A stretch of 59,301 nt of DNA from Lenisia limosa. Taxonomy: Eukaryota; Protista; Breviatea. The DNA lies in NCBI GenBank assembly GCA_001655205.1, contig LPNZ01010590.1:1-59301 (forward strand), written 5' to 3'. The translations under genes were made by a program, and so were the position numbers. Position 1 is the first letter of the stretch, and the number at the start of each line of letters is the position of its first letter. Positions 38,931 to 48,609 of the stretch are shown here, piece by piece. A model generated the notes under the pieces. The model worked only from the letters and a program-made list of their open reading frames with translations. It made no database searches and was not told where the DNA came from.

Positions 38931-41900
38931 TTAAAGAGAAAGATTGGATTGAAGAGCAGCCATGAGGGCTTGGACTTCGGGGTCATTTTCACGACCTACT
39001 TGGTTAGGCCATTGTTGTAACTCTGAAAACCTACCCAGAGCAAGTCGCTGAATTGTTGAGACTAGTGCATCAACAGACTGCGTAATGTTTGTAGAGGCCG
39101 ACGACAACCTGGTTGTTGATAATGAAAAGGACATTGAGGCCCCTACGTATCGGAGATACTCGAAGCAGGTGTCTGTTGGACAGCTGGTTGATGACTGGCG
39201 GAAGCTGTGAGGGCAGAAGTGGCCTGATGACTGGCAGTGAATGCAGGGAAGGATGGAGTGACCTTCGATGCGGGACTCTGAGGAACAGTTACCCAAGATT
39301 GCGGGTGGCCTTGTCCGCCTTCCCGGAAGAAAACTAAGTAACGAATCTTGACCTGCTCCGTGCCATAAACCACATATTCATTTTCAGTAAAGACCTGATG
39401 GTAAAACTCAGAATCTCAGAAACCAACGGAAATTCCTTCTGGTGATCCATGAGAAGACTGATACCCGGGTCCAGCAGAGGTTAAATTGTATTGCTGAGAT
39501 TTATGTACCTTTGATTGGCCAAGCTAGAGAGGTGAGATGCAAAAAGCAATACCTTGACATCACAAATAGCAGCGACTCGTACTCCATTTCCAGCAGGATG
39601 AGCATACTACAGCATAAGGTCGTCACCGACACCCTGTTACCTTTAACGCAGTTTTGGCTTCGTTGCCGAAATAGAGTCCATGACCAAGCCATCCCATGTC
39701 TTCTGTTTTTTTGATTTTCATTTTTTTGACTGCATCAGCAGGCAGCAACAGGCCTCGAGAAAGGATACCCATCCAATTAGCCGACCCAGAGGCATGGATA
39801 AGAGGTTGGGTGTTGCCTGTGGCGCATGAGTTGAAGGGGGCAGTTTCAGTAAACCGATCAACACTGACAATGGTTTCAACCTCAATAGGTCGGTCACGGA
39901 AGAGGTCAACGAGCTAATCAAAGTCAAAAGATTAGGTTTGACCAACTGATTGGAACTCAGGGGAAGAAGGAGAAAGTGTAGTCAGGGTGCAGCAAAGGGC
40001 ATTGTATTTTGCAACAACATCATCTCCCATAAGAACAGAAGCACCACCACCAGTAGAAGACACCTAGGAATATGATGATAGACTATAAAACAAACATTCA
40101 GCATATCCGTCATCAAGTCAAGAAGGTCCATTTTCGAGTTCACATCTTCCATTGTGCGCAGCATTACGGACTACAGAAAAAAAACAATCACTTGAGAAGG
40201 AACAAATACCTTGATATTGAAGTTGCGACCAATACGATGGGGAATCGCGCTGTAAAACAGGTTGGACAGATCAATTAGCTTTGTTTCTGAGTTATTGCCG
40301 TTGATTTCCGCAATTGTTTGAATTAAGATGTCGCGACCTTCTGCCACCTGACTGAGTGAAAGAACTCCCAAAGGGGTCTCAATTCTAGAATGTTACTTTT
40401 GAACTTTCAAATTACCCTCGGGCAGTTATAGTTACATCCAAGGAAGTGGTCAACCGCTTGACTGCTTCATCAAACAAGAAGGTCACAATCTGAACGCGAT
40501 GAGAATAAAAAAAGAAAACAAACCGCAGCCTCCTTTGCAGTGATACCAGCTTCTTCCATCGTCATTATTTTAACTGGAGATGCCATGGCCTTTTCGTGTT
40601 CTGCAAAGAGCAATCTATAATCATGATTCATTATTTTCTGACAAACCTTGCGACTTCAGAACCCAGAGAACCCGAATGAAGCTCAACAACTCGGTAACCA
40701 CGACCAGTCTTCTGTCTATATAGACCCGCGTATTTGGCCTAGAGGTCAATAAATCAAACAAATGGAAAAAAAAAACCTCAGCAGCGTCACGTGATGAAAC
40801 GTATCTATTGCAACGTTGTCCAGCATCAGGGTTCTTCACCAGGTCATCTGTTCGTCCGTAATGGCAGAACACTCTGTAGTAGTCTCTTCCAAGCTCACGA
40901 CCATGATGAAGTTCACTACAGATTAGAACCATGACTTGCAACTTAAAGGGCTTACAGTACATAGTACTTGTTGTTGTTTGCATCCAGCCTTGTTTTCTGA
41001 ACGGTTAGACATAAACAAAATTAGAATTCATCAATCTTCCTCTGACCTGAAGGGTATCAGCTCTGAGAATGACGTAATGCTTTGGGAAATAAGGCTGGGA
41101 TCGATCACCCCAATTCCATGCTTTGGTGTCTCTGTCCAGTGATTTAATGGGGTTGCTAACTGGCCCGTGCAGAATGTTACGAAGAAGCTCTTTGGGATAA
41201 AAAAAAAACACATCGAATGAATGATCCTACCTCCGGAATCAACCTGTTTTTCTGAAGGGGATTTGAGAGAAGACATTGTTTTTGGAGACGGAAGAGGCTT
41301 GGATTCAACCACAGACACGGCAGGCTTCATGGAAACAACGTTTGGCAAGGAAGAAGGAAGAGGTGAGTTTGTTTTGACCGGCTCGGCAATCGTAACCTTG
41401 TCGAAAAGACGGGTAACGGTCGATTGGGGTTCGGTCGTAGGATAAGGCCGAGGGGCAGCAGGCATATTGCTGACACTTCCAGTGAAAGAAGTATCTGAAA
41501 AATGAAAAAAGAAGGGTTCATAGTTGGCTACCAGTAATGACAGCAAAGTCATGGTGCTGATGAGGGAATCCGTTAAAGCAAGCCAAACACAAATCATAGT
41601 CCTAAAAAGGGTTATTAGTAAGGAAAACCCTACTGAGCAAGTTTTGCAACGGAACCTGAGTCCCTTTATAGACATTGACCGGCACCCGTCACACATGGCA
41701 AGGCTGTGTTCACCTACCATATAAGAAAACATGACGTTATCTTACAGTCCGCGTAGTCTTCAGCTTTAGGAAATTCAGTGCATTGGGGCTCGTTGCTTTC
41801 ATTTGATACGTTAGCAGATGGTTCATTGGTTTCTGGAACAAGAGCAAACTGTTGAATAAAAGACTCCAAAGTTCGGACAAGAGAGAACGTTTCTAAAATG

Positions 41901-42826
41901 GTAAACAGCAAATGCTCAACAAGGCTAAAAAACAAAATCATTTCACGCCCCCTCAAACTGAAAGAGATATTTGCAGAAGGATCAACCGCAAAATGATTAT
42001 CGCGAGAAATGGAACCATATGACAAAGACTCGAGAAGGAAGGCAGGGTGTACCGTCTGAAAAGGTAATCGAAGTTAACTTTTCAAACATTGTGGTAGCCA
42101 AATTTAGATGCTTCGCTCTTCGTAGTAATCACATAGTCTGCCTGTATAGTTAGAAAACGTTAAAAATCCACTACTCACTTCATCCGGTCTCAAGACAACA
42201 CTGGCATTGCATCTTGAAAGGAGTTGGGGAATAACTTCGGGACCATCCAAAGGTAAATTACGGTCAACAAAGAAACTGACACCTTGCACTTCGGTTTGTT
42301 CATAAATAGTAGAAGGTATAACTAAATAATCAGTCGCAAAAATGTCACATACCATCAAGAAGCTTTGAAAGGCTCTCAAAGACGGAAGTGTCTTCTTGAG
42401 AGGACGCAGGGCTTTGGACTCTTTCAGCAGCGAATGGTTTCACTGGCTCAACAACTGCTTTACTCGTGCCAAATGTGAATGAATAAGGATTTGAAGGCTC
42501 TTCCAAAGACAAACTGACTTTTCCAAAAGAGACACTATCCATCTATAGTAGTTAGTTCAAACACCCCCTTTGGCCCATCGTACAGGGTTGAAGGAAGCAG
42601 GCACTCTTGTCTCAGCAGGGGGTTGGTAGGGCTCAGCAATGGGTCTTAACGGGTCGACAGCAGACTTGACAGCAAGTTTGCTTTTTTGAGGTAGAGGTTT
42701 GGCAGAAGAAATGTGTGTGTTTTGGAAGTTGAATAATCCAGTTGGTGTCACAGTCTTCTTTGACTTTGAAGCGGGCTTGCTCCGAGTCTTATTCTGACGT
42801 AGCGACATAAACAGGGGGTGGTTCAT
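38931..42826 (-). CDS. ZZ-finger, WGR-like, PARP-regulatory and PARP4-like catalytic domain protein (probably the C-terminal part of a fusion with the upstream NTase)
   Basis: ZZ: CDGCRSMSIKGLRFRCKTCS/DYDLCLACFNGFPHQHH. WGR-like: NNNKYYVL/ELH...YRVFCHYGRT. Regulatory: LSNLFYSAIPH, SKMDLLDLMTD. Catalytic: LIHASGSANWMGILSRGLLLP, WLGHGLYFG, PGYQSSHG, ENEYVVYGTEQVKIRYLV. Confidence 0.9.
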
Positions 42827-45107
42827 GGTGGTGGTCGGGAGCTTTCCTTCCTTTATAAGAATGTGAAAATACTGTACAAACCTGAAGTCATGTACACTCC
42901 TTCGTCAAATTCTTGCTGAACATTACAATGCCAAGCACCACTCATCAGCGTTCTGTAGAGCATAAATTTGACTCCCTGACTGCCCACCTAATTCTACCAT
43001 TATCCAAATCCTGGAGACAAGGAGGACTGAAATCCCAGGCAAGAGGCCCATACACAAATTTTGAAGCCTCATTGTCATCAGCAGGCTCTAGGTATGTGAC
43101 CATAAACACATGATAACTCACTTTCAAGAGGATGCATTTGGCTTTTGTTACAGTGCATACACCAAACAGGTCCTCCAGAGACTCCATTAATCACACCCTC
43201 AATTCCTTTGGGGTTAATAACTTATCACGTAGCCCTACCAGAAACGAAAAGATGGCGATGCCCAAAATCATCAGAAGAAAAGAACGCTGCTTTATCCTAC
43301 ATCCAGATGAACACAAATCTTTTCAACACTACCTGTTGACTCAACATCTTCATAATGGCGTTGCTGTACCAGTTGGGTCCGTATGGAATTGCAACATCGC
43401 TAATCAAATAAAAACTGTCTTAAATTCTCATCTCGATTAGGAGTAAAATTAATAAGCTGGGTATCAACTAATTTCTCATTTCTACGTTCATATTTTATCA
43501 TATGCATATCGGTCTTAATTTAGGAAAAAAAGTTACAAAAGCACAACAATTCTACAAACCAGTAATCGCTGGTGTGATGCATGAGAGAAACCTCCAACGC
43601 AGTTTCAGCAGGCCTACAGAAATATAAGTCGTCCTATATGTCAAGACACTAACATTCCAACGGAGAAACCAGGCCGATGACATGTGGCTTCACGTCGTCG
43701 AAGGGCAAAGTACTCAAAGAGCAAAAGCCGCTTCAAACCCTTGACAAACGAAACATTCGGACGATGGAAGATATCAGGATTGACGCGTTTTTTGTCAAGA
43801 CTTGGATAGTTGACTTGGAATCCTAAATACATAAGCATGGGAGCCTGTCGGACCTCTTGTTGCGTATTTTCTAAGACGAGATTCGTAAGTAGTTGATCGT
43901 CTCGAAGGGTCAATCAAAATATATCTGAAAGGTGAATGCCTTCACAAGATCAAACCCTTTTGTAACAGCTCTCTTGAATCGCTCCATTGCCCAAACTGTG
44001 GTTCCATCAAAGCCCACGGAACAGGCTCCATTATCGAATCCAAGAAGAACCTGAAAGTAAAGTTTAAAGGAGTAGCAGCTACCTCTGCAGGAGATTTGTA
44101 CGCTCTCAGAATGATCTGAAGATGGCGTGCTGGGTATGGTGCAATAATAGTCACTGCACGAGAAGTCCTAATAACATCCAAAGTCTAAAAAGTTATCACT
44201 ATTATTTGGAGGGGGGGGGGGGGGTTAAAAAAAANNNNNNNNNNNNNNNNNNNNNNNNNNNNNNNNNNNNNNNNNNNNNNNNNNNNNNNNNNNNNNNNNN
44301 NNNNTTCCAGACGCTTTACAAAATGAATCATAAATTTCTTGGACTTTTTGATTGAGATCGGCAACTGAGTCCAAGCCATAGAGGAAGATGTCAAGATCAC
44401 CAGGAGTTGAACCTTGTTGGACGTTTTGAACACAGTCTAATGGTCAACAAAATCCTTACACATACAATGAATCGCTCCACCAGCCAAGAAGACGTTGGAC
44501 CAATCAAGCTGTTCAAGGAATTTTTGGGTCATGGAATCAAAGCTAGATTGTGAAAAAAACTGAATAAAGAACTCCAACAGACTTTGCCTACCGCTCATCA
44601 AACTGCTGTTTGGTCACAATTGCTGGACCATTTCGAAACTTCCTCCTGTGATATTGGAACAGGGCAGGTTGTGCAGCCTAGGGGTAAGCAAAAAAACAAA
44701 AACTAAGAGCAAACTTCATCGTCATCCATTTCTTCCAGTTGCCATTGTTGCTCAGAAAATACATCTGTGAGGAGAACATGGGGATCCTATCATTATTAAT
44801 GGCTATCAAATAATTCACTATGAAGCTCTCCAAATAAAACAGGCTAAACTTCTTTTATGTAACTTAAATGCGACCTAGTATACGGTCCTGATCTACCGAC
44901 AAACTGATGTTTTATACGAAGTATTCTGGGACGCAAATTCTTCTCTGAGATCTTTTTCTTCATTTAAGAGTCTCAGCTGCTCTTGCCTACAATATTAGCA
45001 ATTTCATCTTGATAGAAGACACTGATAAATGGTGATGGAACTTACGTATAATCCGTCGATTCTGGAAACTCTTGTTCAGTTTTGCAGGTATCAATCATTT
45101 CTCTCAT
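42789..45107 (-). CDS. Pol-beta-superfamily nucleotidyltransferase-domain protein (the family often labelled 'ankyrin repeat protein' in fungi and giant viruses, by recollection)
   Basis: LDWSNVFLAGGAI, GDLDIFLYGL, RTSRAVTI...RHLQIILRAYKSPAE/VLLGFD, DPSRRSTTYESRLRKYATR/GFQV, GLKRLLLFE, IPYGPNW. The hGG...DhD signature is present. The start codon is tentative. Confidence 0.8.
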
Positions 45108-45405
45108 TTTTTAGGTAAGTCGTAAAGAAAAGAGCAAGTTGACAGCACTATCGCAATGCGCCGCGGAAATTACTTTTTTTTAAGCTCTTAACGATACACA
45201 AAAACTCAAAAAATCAAAAAACAGGGGTTCAAGGATGTAGTAGGCTTAAACGCTTTAAACGCGCGTTTTTTTTTGCAGGTTTTGTGGTGTAAGAATTATG
45301 TAATCAGTGTAAAATCGTAAATTAATTGGATGACTGCAGTTCAGTTCACTCCTTTTTGCAGTGTCTTTTTTTTTTTATATCTTCCTCTACGACGAAAAGT
45401 CCGAA

Positions 45406-46231
45406 ATGAAGTTAGTCCCATTGAAGCTAATTAGACGTTTTCTTACATATTAGGGTTGAAACTTGCTCATTCTCTGGTCTCAAGATCCACCCCGGTCGCG
45501 GAAAGCAATTCGCTCGCTTTGATGGACGTGTATGTTGTCTATTTTAAATATTACTGCGTGTTTGAGCGATCCTAATTTGTTATAGACCTTCGTTCTCCTG
45601 AACCGCAAGGTCCAGGCTCTCTTCACCCAGCGTCGCAACCCCCGCAAGACTGACTGGACTGTCGTATGTTGGGCGAAATTATGTCTCATTTTTGACGATG
45701 ATGAGATTTTTTAATCATTTCAAACCATTGATTAACCCGTGATTGTTATACCTACATTATCGAAGTTACTTTTTTTTTGCTTTTCTCAGAAAGTCCATAA
45801 TTTCTCTAATTTTCAGGTCTACCGTCGCATGCACCGCAAGGGTATTCAAGAAGCTGCCTCTAAGAGACGTACTCGGTTTGTTGGGGACTTCTTACACCTT
45901 TCTTCTTAGGATGAATGTAAACACAAACAGTTATCCCTATCTTAGCTTTCAACGAGCTGACACAAACCGTTCATGACTAAACACTTTGATGTGTCAGGAA
46001 TCAAGTATTTCTCTACTGATACTGTTCAGCAAGTCTGCCAAGGCCACCCGTGGTATTGGTGGAATGACTCGCGAGGAGCTCCTCCAGAAGAAGAACGAGA
46101 AGCCCGAGGTTCGTGCTGCCAACCGGGATGCTGCCATTCGTGCCATCAAGGAGAAGAAGCGTGCTGAGGCTGCTGCTGCCGCTGCTGCTAAGCCCGCCAA
46201 GAAGGCTACCAAGGGCAAGGGCAAGAAGTAA
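45406..46231 (+). CDS. RPL24: 60S ribosomal protein L24 (eL24)
   Basis: [19 protein letters not shown]; [16 protein letters not shown]; [37 protein letters not shown]. Confidence 0.97.
45908..45976 (+). ncRNA. Box C/D snoRNA, snR38/SNORD1-like, intronic in RPL24
   Basis: C-like box AGGATGA; guide CAGTTATCCCT (45928-45938) complementary to conserved LSU rRNA AGGGAUAACUG; D'-like CTTA; terminal CTGA/ATGA boxes. Confidence 0.7.
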
Positions 46232-46392
46232 ACTTCGGTTTTCTGAATGCAACCAACCTTTTGTTTCCATGAGAGTGTTTTGTTTTCTTCAATATTTCAA
46301 ACAGGTACATTTAGGGCATCCTCCTCCCTGCCTCAAAACCAAACCTTTCTTTCAAGAAAGTAGGTGGGCATGTAGAATATCTTGTCCAGCAA

Positions 46393-46460
46393 AGGATGAA
46401 TGTATACGAAAACAGTTATCCCTATCTTAGCTTTTCACGAGCTGACATAACCGTTCATGA
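46393..46460 (+). ncRNA. Second snR38/SNORD1-like snoRNA copy downstream of the RPL24 stop codon
   Basis: Near-identical to the intronic copy, with boxes and guide (46413-46423) intact. Confidence 0.65.
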
Positions 46461-46594
46461 CTTTTGATTGTGGATCATTTTTCTCCATTTTTGTGACAAC
46501 CACTCACACTTCCAGCTGTTGGTGAATTGTTTCAAATATTGGTGTATCCGTTTTCAATAATCAAGGTTTGGATTGTTTTGTTTGATTTTCTCCA

Positions 46595-46633
46595 CAAAAA
46601 CAGTTATCCCAATCTTAGCTTTCAACACGAGCT
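46595..46633 (+). ncRNA. Third, degenerate snoRNA copy
   Basis: AAAACAGTTATCCCAATCTTAGCTTTCAAC matches the guide and D' region, but the C box and 3' end are not conserved. Confidence 0.4.
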
Positions 46634-46993
46634 CTACTCCCATTTACAATCTTTCTTGCGTGTCTGACTTGTCAGATGGAATGTCAAGATGGAGGAGGAT
46701 GAATAGACACAGCAATGATAGTTATGGTATGGAGTGGATTCTAGGGGGTTTTATATATAAACAAGTTTTGTGGAAGACAAAAAAAAAGAGAGTTCCTTGA
46801 GTGCCGTTTTTGACAGGGAAAGGGGCCGGGCGGCACGAGTTAAAGTAAGGTGAAAACAGTGTAAAAATTAAATGTGACCATAAAAAATAAACTGTGGACT
46901 CTTGCAGCGTAACGTTGGTGACATCGATTGCAGTTAAAAGTTAGTATGCAAGAGAAAAGCCTCCAACCCGAGGTAAAAATCTGTGCTAAGTGT

Positions 46994-47436
46994 CATGGGG
47001 AGTATATTCCAAGCCTGGTGAAAAACAATTCATGATGTTCTCAAGGGAGAGTCTCTAAAAGCGGGTGTGTCTTGCCTAACAGTGGTGATACCGGCGACAC
47101 AGGCAAGTGTGAAGCGTGTTGAAAGAACCTTGATCTTGTAAGGAACAAAACCTACTTGGTAGTAGTTTTTAATATCTCAATGGTAATGGAAACGTTATTA
47201 TAAGATTGAATAGAATCAGACTTCCATAACAGGAGTTACACTTTTTATCTCGAGGTAGTGTTGATTCTAACCATAAGTTAGTATCTTAATATGTTCCATT
47301 GTCTTATTGAGAACTATTCGGATAATCTACAGTTGAACAAAAACGAAGAAAGAAAAAAACTACCACAGAGAGACTCGAACCCCCCACTGGCATGACAAAA
47401 AATGTTTCCCCAGGCTTAGAATATATACTCCCCGTG
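46994..47436. repeat. Imperfect inverted-repeat pair of about 25-40 bp, about 440 bp end to end
   Basis: CATGGGGAGTATATTCCAAGCCTGG (46994-47018) vs the reverse complement of CCAGGCTTAGAATATATACTCCCCGTG (47410-47436). Confidence 0.6.
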
Positions 47437-47479
47437 CTGGGGTCTGCCAGAGATCTGGGGATCTTTAAAATCAGTCTCT

Positions 47480-48400
47480 TGAAATTTTAAAAATTTTAGA
47501 TGAATTGGTCAAAGTCACTGAAGGAATCCTCTTGAACCCCTCTGGTCTTGCTCTGGCTGGTCTACCCAATAGCTTCATTCTTTCTCTCTCAATGAGTGAT
47601 GTATGCGCGCGCAATAATCGTCTCCTGCTTTTTCATTGCCCTATTTTTTCCCCCCTTTACCTTTGTTCTAGGATTTGAGCAACAGTTTTCGCAATGAGAA
47701 AGAAAAACTGGGCGGCAACCTTGATGAGTGAGTAAACTTGTCTTTCTATGTGAACATTATGCTTTTTTTCTTTGTTGAATAATTCTTTTTTTTCCTATTA
47801 TTAATTTTAATTTGGTTTATTGCGCATCCTCAAGCCAATATTTTTACGATCAAGAGTGACAAGCGGGCAACAATACAGTCGACCAATCTCTCCACCAACA
47901 TCAGAGTGGGTATTTCTCTCCATATAGTAAATCTCCCCTGACTCTTCAGTTCAAGTGTGATAAAGTTCATGATTGAAGCCACAAATTCTACGCCAGTATG
48001 GAGCATGATGACTTCACTGAACATTCTTCTTGGGGTTTTTATGCGTAATTCATTTCTCCAGTACTATATATATCTCATGGTTGAGTTTTGAAATTATAAT
48101 CACTGACCAGTTGGGCTCTAAACCTGACGACGTGTCTGAAGTAAACACTGACAACGATAACGGAACGTTTGCATCTTCAATCAACGACTCAAATGTTTGG
48201 GGGAATCATATCCTCAAAAGCTAAAACACCTGAGTACCAAAATACAGGCATGCACTCTAACTTTACAGATGTCGTCTTTGGTGAAAGCCTTGAACTCAGG
48301 CGAGATTCCAATTTCAGAAGTCTTAGATCTTGCTGGTGAATCTCTGAGTATGTGTGGATGGATTCAATAATAACAAATGTCTAAAGAGGTGCTTTCTATC
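47480..48400 (-). other. Possible spliced protein-coding gene of unknown function
   Basis: Open segments bounded by GT/AG (PQTFESLIEDANVPLSLSVFTSD; MFSEVIMLHTGVEFVASIMNF...LVDCIVARLS). No family recognised. Confidence 0.3.
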
Positions 48401-48609
48401 TTTACCAAAACCATCTCATGAATGGCCATTTTAATAGTAACAACTCATCTAGCCTTTGTATTTTCAAAGGTTTTCCTTTTCTATACTGCGCACCAGAAAT
48501 ACCACTTTACAAATCCTCCTACTTGTTGGGCTAAATAAACGATGCAGGTGCTTCCAACGAGCCCAATAACTCAAGCCTCTTTCCCCCTCTTGCCTCTCCT
48601 CCTTTCAGG

